Below, in pieces: positions 37,925 to 48,835 of a stretch of 64,000 nt of DNA. The notes beneath the pieces were generated by a model, which did not search any database, had not been told where the DNA came from, and was given only the letters and a program-made list of their open reading frames with translations. Source of the DNA: an uncultured Chitinophaga sp. (GTDB lineage Bacteria > Bacteroidota > Bacteroidia > Chitinophagales > LD1); the NCBI GenBank assembly GCA_964615305.1, contig CAZTNA010000017.1, forward strand, positions 400 through 64,399, in the 5' to 3' direction. The position numbers and the translations under genes are program-made. Every line of letters starts with the position of its first letter. The stretch's first letter is position 1.

Positions 37925-39442
37925 ATGATTTTAATACTGATGCGCTTTGCTGTTTTTACTTTTATGTGCTTTATCTGTTCTCAATCAGTTTTGGCCGAAA
38001 TAGTAAATTTGGAAACATCTCCCAACTCAGGGCTAATAATAGAGTCAGAAAGGTATTTTAGTGAGGGTAGTTTAGAGCAGGCTAAGTCTGCTGCAGAAAA
38101 AGCAGTACAGGCCGCAGGTACTCGATTAGAAGCCGCCCGCGCTCAATTGCAGTTGCTTAAAGTCTGGGTAAGCAACAGCAAATTGAAAAAATCTGACAGA
38201 CAGAAGATAAATACACTCTACTTCGAAGCTATAGAGAACGCTGCCACCGATCAGCCACTGCAACAAAAACTAATTGATGTAGTAGTTGCTTACTGCGAAC
38301 GCGACAACCTGAAAGAACCACTAGCATCTGCCCTGCGCAAGAGAATGGAGATTGCTGCTTGGCAAGTGAAGGAGAAGGAGCGCACAAAAGACAATCAATT
38401 AACTCAGCTACAACAGCAACTCACTTTGTTGCTCGATACAAATAATGTGCTTGGTACACAGGTGGCAGAGCAGCGTGCGAAAATCTACAACATGAATGTG
38501 GCACAGGCCAAGGTAGCGTTGGAAGCGGCTCTCCAAAAACAGTTGCTCGATTCTATGGCGATGGTAGCTCTAATAGACTCTATGCGCATAAACGAACAGA
38601 ACCAGATAATGCGGTTGCAAACCGATAGTTTAGGAAAACAACAAACAGCACTTCAACTCAAGCAGTCGCAGCGCAATGTGTTTATGATTGTAGCAGGCAG
38701 TGTATTGTTTATTGCTTTAGGTTTGGTATTTGTTCTTCTTCAAATGCGCAAGCACAATAGCGTACTGAATGAGAAAAACGAGATAATACAGAAGGAGAAA
38801 AAACATAACGAAGAGTTGCTCTTAAACATACTTCCGAAAGCAATATCCGATGAGCTAAAAGAAAATGGTGCGGTACGCGCCAAGCGCTACGAAAGTGTAA
38901 GCGTTCTGTTTAGCGACTTTGTAAACTTCTCACAGATTTCTGAAACACTCTCACCGGAAGATTTAGTGCGCGAGTTAGATTATTGCTTTAAGCAATTCGA
39001 TAAAATAGTAATAAAAAATGGATTAGAGAAGATAAAAACTATAGGTGATGCATACATGTGTGCCGGTGGTTTACCAGAAGATAACGACCTACATGCCGAA
39101 CACGCAATAAGTGCAGCTTTAGAAATGCAACAATTCTTGGCTGATTGGAATGCCGATAGGAAAAAACAAAAACTACCCGAGTACCATGCCCGCATAGGCA
39201 TTAATACAGGGCCTCTAGTAGCCGGTGTGGTAGGTATAAAAAAATTCGCCTACGATATATGGGGCGATACGGTTAACGTTGCTTCGAGAATGGAGAGCAG
39301 TTGTGAACCCGATAGAATCAACATTTCAGGAGAAACCTATCTACGTGTACGGGATAAATTTCATTGCATTTACAGAGGCAAACTTCCCATAAAAAATAAA
39401 GGCGAGGTAGATATGTATTTTGTTGGAAAACAAGATACGTAA
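37925..39442 (+). CDS. class III adenylate/guanylate cyclase with N-terminal coiled-coil region and one TM helix
   Basis: The C-terminal CHD has VSVLFSDFVNFS, KTIGDAYMCAGGLP, RIGINTGPLVAGVVG, YDIWGDTVNVASRMES. The TM helix is VFMIVAGSVLFIALGLVFVLL. The tracked ORF starts at TTG 37913; ATG 37925 is preferred. Confidence 0.88.
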   Translation: MILILMRFAVFTFMCFICSQSVLAEIVNLETSPNSGLIIESERYFSEGSLEQAKSAAEKAVQAAGTRLEAARAQLQLLKVWVSNSKLKKSDRQKINTLYFEAIENAATDQPLQQKLIDVVVAYCERDNLKEPLASALRKRMEIAAWQVKEKERTKDNQLTQLQQQLTLLLDTNNVLGTQVAEQRAKIYNMNVAQAKVALEAALQKQLLDSMAMVALIDSMRINEQNQIMRLQTDSLGKQQTALQLKQSQRNVFMIVAGSVLFIALGLVFVLLQMRKHNSVLNEKNEIIQKEKKHNEELLLNILPKAISDELKENGAVRAKRYESVSVLFSDFVNFSQISETLSPEDLVRELDYCFKQFDKIVIKNGLEKIKTIGDAYMCAGGLPEDNDLHAEHAISAALEMQQFLADWNADRKKQKLPEYHARIGINTGPLVAGVVGIKKFAYDIWGDTVNVASRMESSCEPDRINISGETYLRVRDKFHCIYRGKLPIKNKGEVDMYFVGKQDT

Positions 39443-39494
39443 TCTAAGTTCCTACTAAGTTTTGGTTTGAAAATTGAAGTGTGGCTTCAAAAAC

Positions 39495-39502
39495 TATATT
39501 TG
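39495..39502 (+). promoter_or_regulatory. candidate -7 box (TATATTTG) for ahcY
   Basis: Matches TAnnTTTG, 22 nt upstream of the first in-frame ATG. Confidence 0.35.
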
Positions 39503-39523
39503 CAGCCACCAAAAATTTAACTA

Positions 39524-40843
39524 ATGGGCAATTCATCAACAGAAACAACAATGAAATACAAAGTAAAAGACCTTTCACTGGCAGAATGGGGTCGTAAAGA
39601 AATTCTTTTAGCAGAAGCAGAAATGCCTGGTTTAATGTCTCTGCGCAAACAGTATGCCGCTACGCAACCCTTGAAAGGAGCTAGAATAGCAGGTTGCTTA
39701 CATATGACTATTCAAACAGCAGTATTAATAGAAACACTGAAAGAAATTGGAGCAGAAGTTACCTGGAGTTCATGCAATATATTTTCTACTCAAGATCATG
39801 CGGCTGCAGCTATTGCTGCTGCAGGAATTCCTGTTTACGCATGGAAAGGGATGAATAATGAAGAATTTGACTGGTGCATTGAGCAAACTTTATTCGCATT
39901 CGAAGGAGGCAAAGCGCTGAACATGATATTAGATGACGGTGGCGATTTGACTAATATGGTGTTTGACAAGTATCCTGAGTTAGTGCAAGGTATTCGTGGA
40001 ATTTCTGAAGAAACGACAACTGGTGTTCATCGTTTATACGAAAGAGAGAAAAATGGAACATTATTGTTGCCTGCAATCAACATCAACGACTCGGTTACTA
40101 AATCAAAGTTTGACAACAAGTACGGATGCCGCGAAAGTTTAGTAGATGCTATTCGTAGAGCTACTGACCTTATGATGGCGGGTAAAGTTGCTGTAGTAGC
40201 CGGATTTGGTGATGTGGGCAAAGGTTCGGCCGATTCGTTGAGCAATGCCGGAGTTCGCGTAATTGTAACTGAAATAGACCCTATATGCGCTTTACAAGCC
40301 GCAATGGAAGGTTACGAGGTAAAGAAAATGGATACAGCTGTAAAAGAAGCGGACATCATTGTTACAGCTACCGGCAACTGTGATATTATTCAAGAGCGCC
40401 ATTTTAGATCAATGAAACATAATGCGGTAGTTTGTAATATTGGCCATTTTGATAATGAAATTGATATGGCTTGGCTAAATGGCAGCTATGGCAAAACTAA
40501 AGACGAGATAAAACCTCAGGTAGATAAGTACACTATTGAAGGCAAAGACATAATTGTATTGGCAGAGGGAAGGTTGGTAAACCTTGGCTGTGCTACAGGG
40601 CACCCTTCTTTTGTAATGAGTAACTCTTTTACTAATCAAACTTTGGCTCAACTAGAACTCTGGCAACATGCTGAACGCTACGAAAACAGAGTTTATACTT
40701 TACCAAAGCATCTTGATGAAATGGTAGCCAAGCTTCACCTGGAAAAAATAGGTGTGGAGTTAGAAGAACTTAACGACAAACAAGCCAACTATATAGGAGT
40801 AAAGAAAAGCGGACCGTACAAGCCTGAACATTACCGCTACTAA
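39524..40843 (+). CDS. ahcY: adenosylhomocysteinase
   Basis: [37 protein letters not shown] and GHFDNEI are hallmark AhcY motifs. The start could also be ATG at 39551. Confidence 0.95.
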   Translation: MGNSSTETTMKYKVKDLSLAEWGRKEILLAEAEMPGLMSLRKQYAATQPLKGARIAGCLHMTIQTAVLIETLKEIGAEVTWSSCNIFSTQDHAAAAIAAAGIPVYAWKGMNNEEFDWCIEQTLFAFEGGKALNMILDDGGDLTNMVFDKYPELVQGIRGISEETTTGVHRLYEREKNGTLLLPAININDSVTKSKFDNKYGCRESLVDAIRRATDLMMAGKVAVVAGFGDVGKGSADSLSNAGVRVIVTEIDPICALQAAMEGYEVKKMDTAVKEADIIVTATGNCDIIQERHFRSMKHNAVVCNIGHFDNEIDMAWLNGSYGKTKDEIKPQVDKYTIEGKDIIVLAEGRLVNLGCATGHPSFVMSNSFTNQTLAQLELWQHAERYENRVYTLPKHLDEMVAKLHLEKIGVELEELNDKQANYIGVKKSGPYKPEHYRY

Positions 40844-40868
40844 ATTTTATGGCTATGCTGATATACAG

Positions 40869-40902
40869 ACACCTTCCATTTTGCGGGAGGTGTTTTGTTT
40901 TT
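40869..40902 (+). terminator. Rho-independent terminator after ahcY
   Basis: ACACCTTCC / GGGAGGTGT form a 9-bp stem (one G.U), followed by TTTGTTTTT. Confidence 0.7.
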
Positions 40903-40985
40903 GGCTCAGTTATTTTCAATTTCGTTATTCACTTGCAAAATTTATTTTCGTCCTTAATTAATAATAAAAAACTAAAACTACTATT

Positions 40986-41222
40986 ATGAAAAAAGGACTT
41001 TTTCTTGCTATGGTAGCCGGATGTGTTATCGCCCTTACAAGCTGTGGCGAAAAATTTACACCGCTAACACAAGAGCAAATCAACGCACAGGTTGATTCTT
41101 TAGTAACCGCTCAATCAGAGGCAAAATTGCAAGAGTTACGTGCTGCCTGCGAAGCTGGGTTAGAGGCATCTGTAAACGCAAAAGTTGAATCATTGAAAAC
41201 AACTGAAGTTGCAGCTCAATAA
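40986..41222 (+). CDS. small lipoprotein (78 aa), alanine/glutamate-rich helical
   Basis: Lipobox ALTSC. No domain recognised. Confidence 0.55.
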   Translation: MKKGLFLAMVAGCVIALTSCGEKFTPLTQEQINAQVDSLVTAQSEAKLQELRAACEAGLEASVNAKVESLKTTEVAAQ

Positions 41223-41249
41223 TTTTTAACCAATTAAACGAAACAGACA

Positions 41250-41675
41250 ATGAAAAAAATATTCATGAATATTTCAGTTGCAGCTACACTTGGTGTTGCT
41301 GTAGTACTTACAGCTTGCAACAATGCAGAAGAAGTAAAAAAGCAAGTAGAAGAACAAAACGCTGCTATACAAACTTTGGTAGATGAAAAATTAAATGGTT
41401 TAGCCGACCAGGTAAATACAGAATGTGCTGCTAAGATTGATTCTTTGGCAAATGCTGCTTATGCAACTTGGCAGGAAGAAGAAGCAAAACTGGCAAAGGG
41501 GAAAAAACCGGTAGCAAAGAAACCAGCACCCAAACCAGTTACTCCCAAAGCAGAACCTCCTAAAGATCCACAGAAGCAAAGAGCCGGAGATGCTGCTAAG
41601 CCGGTTGAATCTCAAAAACAAAGAAATACAGATCCGGGAAAAACTGATGTAGAAAATCAGAAGAAAAGAAACTAA
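41250..41675 (+). CDS. lipoprotein (141 aa) with Lys/Pro-rich C-terminal tail
   Basis: Lipobox VLTAC. Its N-terminal helical part resembles the preceding ORF (LVDEKL..LA vs VDSLVTAQSEAKL). Confidence 0.6.
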   Translation: MKKIFMNISVAATLGVAVVLTACNNAEEVKKQVEEQNAAIQTLVDEKLNGLADQVNTECAAKIDSLANAAYATWQEEEAKLAKGKKPVAKKPAPKPVTPKAEPPKDPQKQRAGDAAKPVESQKQRNTDPGKTDVENQKKRN

Positions 41676-41696
41676 ACGTTTCTATCATTCCAAACA

Positions 41697-41731
41697 AAGG
41701 GCTGCTCTAGTAAATAGGGCAGCCTTTTTTT
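41697..41731 (+). terminator. Rho-independent terminator
   Basis: AAGGGCTGC / GCAGCCTTT stem followed by TTTTT. Confidence 0.65.
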
Positions 41732-41867
41732 ATTGGAATGAAGTTGCGTGGCTAAATTCCGGAACTAAATAATTCTACTCTTAAAGCGTTTTTGTATTTA
41801 ACTTGCGAAGCGAGGCTTTTAGTTATTGACTTTTCAGGGCGTTCCTCCATACAAAGTATGTGGGTGC

Positions 41868-41899
41868 AAAAAAAAGGCTGCTCCGTTGTGGAAGCAGCC
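41868..41899 (-). terminator. Rho-independent terminator of the 41923..42351 gene
   Basis: On the minus strand, GGCTGCTTCC / GGAGCAGCC form the stem, followed by TTTTTTTT. Confidence 0.7.
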
Positions 41900-41922
41900 T
41901 TAAAAGTTGTTGAATTATAATC

Positions 41923-42351
41923 TTAGAAAGAAATTGTAGCTACGCAGCTTTCAGATGTTAAATCGGTGTAAACTACTGTATAATTTACAGTAAGTGTATT
42001 TCCGCTTAGTGTGCCTGTGATAGTAAATTTTCTTCCGGTAGCATCAATAAAACTAGTTGCAGACAATGTGCTGCCATCAGCTTTTGCTTCTACAACTGCT
42101 GGTGTTGCAAAGTTTCCTAAGTTGCTAAATACAACATATTCAACATCGCTTGCTTTAGCAGTAATGCTAAGGTTGTATCCTGAAGTGCAGTTATCAGCTA
42201 CTACTGCATTGTTCTTTAAAAATTTTGCACGAACTTCAGTCTTGCAATCTGTGCCTTCGTAACCAGGGTCACATGTTTTAGTGCAAGATGAAACAGAAAT
42301 CACGGTAGCTAAAGTTGCTACGGCCAGGAAAGATTTGAAAATACTTTTCAT
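41923..42351 (-). CDS. lipoprotein (142 aa), unknown function
   Basis: Lipobox VSSC, with beta-rich composition. Confidence 0.6.
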   Translation of the reverse strand: MKSIFKSFLAVATLATVISVSSCTKTCDPGYEGTDCKTEVRAKFLKNNAVVADNCTSGYNLSITAKASDVEYVVFSNLGNFATPAVVEAKADGSTLSATSFIDATGRKFTITGTLSGNTLTVNYTVVYTDLTSESCVATISF

Positions 42352-42576
42352 GTTTTTTTGTTTTGGTTAAATAATTGTCGGGCAAATGTATAAACTTCTT
42401 TAAGCATAAAAAACCTTAGCATTTTTTTCGCTGTAAAAACAGTTTCAAATGTTCAAAAAACAGTTGTATTATAGCCAAACCTAACAAATCTGAAAAAGTT
42501 TTTCGTGGGTTTCTTTTAGTTAAGCAAAACTTTATGTTGGTTTGCACGGTTTTATTTCTGACACACTTACTTTATT

Positions 42577-45500
42577 ATGATTAAAAAAATTACATGCCGC
42601 GCACTTGCGCTTCTCATCATCTGTTTAGGTATTAGCTTTAACACGGCTAAAGCTACACACATTGTAGGATCGGACATTTCGTTTCGTTGTTTGGGGGGGG
42701 CCCAGTATCAAGTGGTTGTAACCGTTTACCGCGATTGCAGTGGTGTGTCAGCACCAACATCAATTATTGTTGATGTGGCATCTACTTGTGGTACCTCTAC
42801 AGTTACATGTGCCCAGACTTTGTCTCCGCAGTGCGACCCTCCTGCCAATAGTTGTGAAGTTTCACAATTGTGTCCTTCTGCTGTATCAACTTGTCAAGGC
42901 GGAACGTTGCCGGGTGTGCAGGTTTACACATATGCGGGTAATGTTACCATACAACCTAATTGCGGTTTATACACATTCAGCTACGATGACTGCTGTAGAA
43001 ACACACTTACAAATTTAGCTGACCCTGCGCCACCAAGCTTAGGATTTAGAGTGCAGGCTACTTTAAACAGTAATTTGGTTACTTGCAACACAGCGCCTGT
43101 ATTTACTTCATTACCGGTTCCGTACTTCTGTGTTAATCAACTGGTGAACTATTCACACGGGGCTATTGATGCAGATGGTGACTCGTTAGTCTATCAGTTA
43201 ACAGCTCCTCTAGACCAAGGTGGTCTTCCTTTAACTTATAATGGCGGTTTGTCACCTACTAACCCTATGCCTACTTCTGGTGCTTTTCAATTTGACTCTT
43301 TAACAGGACAAATGACTTTTACTCCTACTCAACAAGGAGCATTTGCAGTAGCAGTGTTGGTTTACGAGTATCGTAATGGGGTTTTAATAGGAACCACCAT
43401 GCGCGATATTCAAATAGTAATAATCAACTGTTCGAATAATACTCCTACGATTAATAATTGCTTAACCTTGCAAAATGTAACAGGAGCTGTGGTAAACGAC
43501 TGTAACTCCTTAGGAGTGTGCCCTGGCCAAGCCATGAGTTTTACCTTGTTTGGTTATGACGGAGATGGACAGCCTATAACCGTAAGCTCAAATATCGCGA
43601 CTTCTATTCCTGGTGCTACACTCACTACAATTCAAGTAGGTGGTCCTGACTCATTAGCTGTAGTGTTTTCATGGACACCTAGTGGGTTGGACACAGGTTT
43701 CAGATATTTCACAATTCAATTTGAGGACAACGCATGCCCTATTCCAGGACTGCAGCTGTTTACCTATGACATTACTGTATTAGATGGTACAGATGCCGGC
43801 CCAGATAAATATTACTGCGTTGGCGGAGGACCAGTACAAGTTTCAGTTTACGGAGGAAATCAGTTTAGTTGGGATCATACAGATGGAATGGTAAGCGCAA
43901 ACGCAGATAGTTCTATAGTTTACTTTGCTCCTAACACCAATACAACTTACATAGTAACAAGCGATTTGCAGGGAGGGTGCAAAAATAGGGACACAGTTAC
44001 TGTGTTTAATGTTACTCCCTTTTCAATATCTTTTACGAGTCCTGATGACACTATTTGTTTAAACTCAACTACGTCCATTACAGTTACGCCTACACCAGCT
44101 AATTTAGGACCATTTACCTATAATTGGGGGCCAACCGGAGGTGGAGTATTAGACCCGAATTTACAAACTACCGAAGTACGGCCCAACAATACAACGCAGT
44201 ACCAGGTTACAGTTACATCAGCAGCAGGGTGTACAATTAAAGATAGTTTTCAGGTGGTGATACAAGGTATAGGGCCACAGGTCAACATTATGCCTTCTGC
44301 CGATGAGGTTTGTCCTGGAACTGTTGTAACCTTGACTTCTATTGTTAGCGCACTTGATTGTGGTGCAAATGCTGACCCACAGAATCCATGCGTTCCCAAT
44401 AGCGTTTTTGCGTTAGGAACTGTTGGTACTGCTACAACAGGAGCCGGGCTTAATTCAACACCTTACATTGGTATAAATTGGGATGGTCGTGTTCAATATT
44501 TGTACCGTGCCTCAGAGTTAACGGCAGCTGGTTTGGGAGCAGGCACTTTTACTGACTTGGTGTATGATGTTGTAACCAAAAACAGTACAGGTCCTTACAA
44601 TAGTTTTACAATAAAAATGGCGTGCACTTCACTTGAGAATCTGCCCACCACATTTGTAAACACTAGTTTTACCACCGTTTTTGGACCTGTGGCATATACA
44701 TCAACTGTGGGGCCAAACACACATACACTAACTACCCCATATAACTGGGATGGCTTTTCAAACATACTTGTTGAGATATGTTTTGATAACACAACAGGCA
44801 ATGGTGGGTACGATAATGTATATTATACCCCTACTTCTTTTTCTGGTTCTGTACTTTGGGATAATGGCAATCTAGCTGCGGCTTCGGGGTGCACCGGATT
44901 AACAACACCAACTCTTGGTATTAACCGCCCGAATACACAGTTTGTAATGTGTAAGGCACCGTTGAGCAACTACACATTCGATTGGACAGTATCGAACGGG
45001 ACAACATTGCCAGACACTTCAGCCCCTGATGTTGCCGTGTGGAGCACACTAAACTATACGTTAGTTGTTGATGACGGTACATGTCAGGGTGACACAACAA
45101 TTACTGTATCTGTAGATACTGCGGTGTTAATATTTGCAGGAAATGACACCGCTGTTTGTGACGGGGCATCTGCACAGTTAAACCTAGAAGTTTTAAATCC
45201 TGCTTCAACTTATTGCGTTGAAGGGTACGATATTACTCCAATTCCTTATTCAGCTATTACTCCACCCGGTACCCCGAATGCGGGACCAAATGGTGATGAC
45301 ATTGTTTCTACTGTAAACGCATTGCCATTCCCATTCGAGTTTTTCTGCGATACTAAGTCACAGTTCTACATATCCACTAACGGCTTCATTGCATTTAGTC
45401 CGAATCAAGGTGCCGGTTGTTGTTCAGGCCAGAATATACCAAATGCCACTTCTGCTAATGATCTGATAGCATTGGTTTGGGAAGATTTAAACACAGGATC

Positions 45501-47625
45501 AGGAAGTACAATTGATTGGTTTACCACGGGCACTGCACCAAATCGCACTGTAGTTGTTAGATGGAACGATGTTCCTTTCTACGGAGGTGGTGGTGTTGTC
45601 AATGGTCAAATACAGTTGTATGAAGGGTCTGACATTATTGAAGTGCATGTGTTGTCGGCTACCAACCCAAATCAAGTTAATACATTGGGTGTTGAAAATG
45701 CCGCTGGTTCACTCGGATTTTCACCAGCTGGTTACAATGCATCTCCATTTACTGTAACATCTGCTAATCCAATTGCATTTAGATTTACTCCATGGTTTGG
45801 TGGAAATTCTCTAACTGGCGTCCAGTGGTCGCCTTCAGTAGGCTTATCAGATGACACAATAGTAAACCCTATAGCTTCTCCGCCAGCCACTACCACTTAC
45901 ACGGTTGCAGCTACGTTCTTTAATGGTTGTGTTACATACGATACTGTACAGGTTGCTATTGGAACCTTCCCTTATTCTGTTTCAGCATCCGATACAATAT
46001 GCAATAGCGATTCAACACAAATTCAGTTTAATGGTGCGGGTGTAAGTTACAGTTGGACACCTACTATTGATTTATCTGACGATACAATTGCTAACCCATA
46101 TGCATCTCCCTCTACAACAACCACATATTATGTAACTGCGGTTAATAGCTTAGGATGCGTTGCAAATGATTCTGTAGTTGTTACAGTTCGCACGCACGCA
46201 CCCATCAGCTTAGGAACTGGCCAAACTTTGTGCCCGTATGACTCTGTTACACTGTCACCAACAGGAAGCCCTTACACATCGTATTTGTGGTCAACCAATG
46301 AAACAACACCAACAATAACTACAGCCAATCAAACTGCTGCTACTCAAGACTACTTTGTGCGTGTGAACGATGGCTTCTGCTTCTATTATTCAGATACGGT
46401 TACAATAACCGAGTTTGTGCTTAATCCAATAGTAGTTAACCCATCGGGAGATACGGCTGTATGTTTGGGAGAGTCAATTGTACTTACTGCAGATCCGGGC
46501 TATCAAACCTATGTGTGGAATAACGGAGAACAAACGCAATCAATTACAGTGTCAACTCCTGGTTTGTATTCATACATAGCTACAGATGCCAATGGTTGTA
46601 TTCTATATTCACAAGATACGGCTAATGTAATTGGCGCACAACACCCTGTTGCCGACATACTAACTAATGACGCAGTAATTTGCGAAAATCAAACAACAAC
46701 TGTGTTGTATGTAACGCCAGTTGCAGGAATAGACTATTTCTGGAATCCTGGCTTTGTCGAAAACGATTCACTATTTGTTTCTGTTGCTGGTGAATACACT
46801 TTGGTAGCCAGCGACAATGGATGTAATAGTTACGATACTATTCAAGTAACATCAACGGTTGCCCCTATTGTTGATTTGGGTGCAGATCAGAATTTGTGCA
46901 GCTGCGACACTTTGGTTTCACTTACATCGAATATTCAAGGAAGTTACTTTTGGTCAAATCAGGAAACAACACAAACTATTTCTGTTTCATCGAATGGGCT
47001 TTATGCGGTTACTGTTACCGATGCCAATGAGTGCACTGCAACAGATGATGTACAGATGACAATTCATTGTTTAACTGTGGATGCAACTGTGGCTGACCCA
47101 CCTACAGCTACAGTTTTCGTAGGTCATAATGCAACCTTAAATGCAGCCACCAGTTACACAAGCAGTTTCACATACATATGGTCTCCGTCAACTTATTTAC
47201 AAGATTCAAGTTTACAGCAGCCTTATGTGCAATCCCCGCAAGCTACTACAACATACTTAGTTCAGGTAAGTGACTTAATCAACGGTTGTGTGGCATACGA
47301 CACAGTACGTTTAATTGTGTTGCCTCCGGGTGTAATTCCAATGCCAAACGCATTTTCACCTAATGGTGATGGTGCAAATGATTTGTACGGTCCGTTTATT
47401 CCACCGGCTATGCAAGGTATTTACGTAATCGTTGAAATGCGCATTTACAATCGCTGGGGGCAATTGGTTTATAACGGAAACGGCTATTGGGATGGAACAT
47501 TTGCAGGAGCACTACAGCCGGCAGATACATACATCTATTATATAACTATTTCAGGACCCGACCAAAACAATCCATCGCAAATTGTACAAAGCAACTTAAC
47601 AGGTTCTTTCACTTTGCTGCATTAA
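42577..47625 (+). CDS. giant (1682 aa) cell-surface protein with T9SS type-B (gliding-motility-associated) C-terminal domain
   Basis: Signal peptide, many Cys-containing Ig/PKD-like repeats, and the C-terminus PNAFSPNGDGANDLY...MRIYNRWGQLVY...WDGTF.G...PADTYIYYI (TIGR04131-type). Confidence 0.9.
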   Translation: MIKKITCRALALLIICLGISFNTAKATHIVGSDISFRCLGGAQYQVVVTVYRDCSGVSAPTSIIVDVASTCGTSTVTCAQTLSPQCDPPANSCEVSQLCPSAVSTCQGGTLPGVQVYTYAGNVTIQPNCGLYTFSYDDCCRNTLTNLADPAPPSLGFRVQATLNSNLVTCNTAPVFTSLPVPYFCVNQLVNYSHGAIDADGDSLVYQLTAPLDQGGLPLTYNGGLSPTNPMPTSGAFQFDSLTGQMTFTPTQQGAFAVAVLVYEYRNGVLIGTTMRDIQIVIINCSNNTPTINNCLTLQNVTGAVVNDCNSLGVCPGQAMSFTLFGYDGDGQPITVSSNIATSIPGATLTTIQVGGPDSLAVVFSWTPSGLDTGFRYFTIQFEDNACPIPGLQLFTYDITVLDGTDAGPDKYYCVGGGPVQVSVYGGNQFSWDHTDGMVSANADSSIVYFAPNTNTTYIVTSDLQGGCKNRDTVTVFNVTPFSISFTSPDDTICLNSTTSITVTPTPANLGPFTYNWGPTGGGVLDPNLQTTEVRPNNTTQYQVTVTSAAGCTIKDSFQVVIQGIGPQVNIMPSADEVCPGTVVTLTSIVSALDCGANADPQNPCVPNSVFALGTVGTATTGAGLNSTPYIGINWDGRVQYLYRASELTAAGLGAGTFTDLVYDVVTKNSTGPYNSFTIKMACTSLENLPTTFVNTSFTTVFGPVAYTSTVGPNTHTLTTPYNWDGFSNILVEICFDNTTGNGGYDNVYYTPTSFSGSVLWDNGNLAAASGCTGLTTPTLGINRPNTQFVMCKAPLSNYTFDWTVSNGTTLPDTSAPDVAVWSTLNYTLVVDDGTCQGDTTITVSVDTAVLIFAGNDTAVCDGASAQLNLEVLNPASTYCVEGYDITPIPYSAITPPGTPNAGPNGDDIVSTVNALPFPFEFFCDTKSQFYISTNGFIAFSPNQGAGCCSGQNIPNATSANDLIALVWEDLNTGSGSTIDWFTTGTAPNRTVVVRWNDVPFYGGGGVVNGQIQLYEGSDIIEVHVLSATNPNQVNTLGVENAAGSLGFSPAGYNASPFTVTSANPIAFRFTPWFGGNSLTGVQWSPSVGLSDDTIVNPIASPPATTTYTVAATFFNGCVTYDTVQVAIGTFPYSVSASDTICNSDSTQIQFNGAGVSYSWTPTIDLSDDTIANPYASPSTTTTYYVTAVNSLGCVANDSVVVTVRTHAPISLGTGQTLCPYDSVTLSPTGSPYTSYLWSTNETTPTITTANQTAATQDYFVRVNDGFCFYYSDTVTITEFVLNPIVVNPSGDTAVCLGESIVLTADPGYQTYVWNNGEQTQSITVSTPGLYSYIATDANGCILYSQDTANVIGAQHPVADILTNDAVICENQTTTVLYVTPVAGIDYFWNPGFVENDSLFVSVAGEYTLVASDNGCNSYDTIQVTSTVAPIVDLGADQNLCSCDTLVSLTSNIQGSYFWSNQETTQTISVSSNGLYAVTVTDANECTATDDVQMTIHCLTVDATVADPPTATVFVGHNATLNAATSYTSSFTYIWSPSTYLQDSSLQQPYVQSPQATTTYLVQVSDLINGCVAYDTVRLIVLPPGVIPMPNAFSPNGDGANDLYGPFIPPAMQGIYVIVEMRIYNRWGQLVYNGNGYWDGTFAGALQPADTYIYYITISGPDQNNPSQIVQSNLTGSFTLLH

Positions 47626-47638
47626 ACAATATAACAAC

Positions 47639-47683
47639 ACCAACATGATTTTCTTCATGAGTTTTTGAGATTATCATGTTGGT
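47639..47683. other. 11-bp perfect inverted repeat (hairpin) between the adhesin gene and the porP/sprF-like gene
   Basis: ACCAACATGAT (47639-47649) and ATCATGTTGGT (47673-47683). An A-tract follows rather than a T-tract, so the terminator role is uncertain. Confidence 0.4.
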
Positions 47684-47728
47684 TTAAAAAAAAATATTTT
47701 CTTTGAACCCTCTTAAAATAACTAAGCA

Positions 47729-48784
47729 ATGAAAGTTAGATTTTACGCTGTTCTATTAGTCTTAACAACAGTTTTCTCGGCAAGTGCACAAGACATACAC
47801 TTCTCTCAGTTTTATGCATCACCGCTAACTCTTAACCCGGCATTAACCGGAAACTTTAATGGGTTTTACCGCATTACCGGTATTTACCGTAATCAGTATC
47901 CGGGGCTTACCGAAAACAAACCTGCTTTTTCAACCCCTTCTGTGAGTGTTGATTTATCGCTTCTACGCGAAAAGATTAAACATGGTGCGTTAGGCGTAGG
48001 GTTGGTGTTTGTAAATGACCAACAAAATGGGAAGACATTTAACCAAAATCAAATTTTAGCTTCGTTAGCTTACAATATGGCTTTTGGTAAAAACCAAGTT
48101 TTTCAGTTGGGGCTAGGCTTGCAAGGAGGTATTGCTATGACTAAAATGGATTTCAACAACTTTAGATTCAATGATGGATTTAACTCGGATCTTACTTATA
48201 ATAACAGCTACAATGGCGAAACATTTAATAGCGGCAATCGCCTGAAAGGCGTTTTTAATGCAGGGCTGTTTACTAAATTTAATTTTACAAAGGCAATTCG
48301 CTTCTACGCTGGCTATTCGTTTAATAACGCTACTAACTACAAGCAAGACTTCCTAAAGAACAGTCCTCAAACATATCGCTTACCTTTCCGCCATACTGTT
48401 CATGGTGGCTTTGAGTTCGATATTAAAGATGCTGCGGTAATTATTCCCGGATTCCTTTTTCAAACTCAGGCAAAAGCCAACGAAGGAAATTTTGGATTAA
48501 CAGCAGGTATCCATGTAGTAAAAGATCCGGCAAAACGCGCTACACTATTCCTTGGTTTATGGAATCGTTTAAATACTAAGAACTACACTATTATTCCAAA
48601 GATAGGGTTCGAATACAAAGGTTTCCGCGCTGGTTTTGCGTATGATGCACACCTTCTGCAACAGTATAAAGACAAGAAAAATATTGGTGGAGGCATGCCA
48701 CAAGGATTTGAAATTACGCTCAGCTATATCGGAAATATATTTGTGCCGAAAGAAGATAACTACTTGTTTAATCCAAGATATTAA
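47729..48784 (+). CDS. PorP/SprF-family T9SS outer-membrane protein
   Basis: N-terminal AQDIHFSQFYASPLTLNPALTG is the family signature. About 350-aa beta-barrel composition. Confidence 0.88.
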   Translation: MKVRFYAVLLVLTTVFSASAQDIHFSQFYASPLTLNPALTGNFNGFYRITGIYRNQYPGLTENKPAFSTPSVSVDLSLLREKIKHGALGVGLVFVNDQQNGKTFNQNQILASLAYNMAFGKNQVFQLGLGLQGGIAMTKMDFNNFRFNDGFNSDLTYNNSYNGETFNSGNRLKGVFNAGLFTKFNFTKAIRFYAGYSFNNATNYKQDFLKNSPQTYRLPFRHTVHGGFEFDIKDAAVIIPGFLFQTQAKANEGNFGLTAGIHVVKDPAKRATLFLGLWNRLNTKNYTIIPKIGFEYKGFRAGFAYDAHLLQQYKDKKNIGGGMPQGFEITLSYIGNIFVPKEDNYLFNPRY

Positions 48785-48835
48785 TACCTAATAGATAGAA
48801 CTTTTAATAACCCTCAAGAAAACTAAGCACACGTT

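Noticed and set aside
39443-39523. SAH/SAM-type riboswitch ahead of ahcY
   Set aside because: The leader is only about 80 nt with a single 6-bp hairpin and a likely promoter box inside it. It is too short and lacks the pseudoknot-forming segments I would expect.
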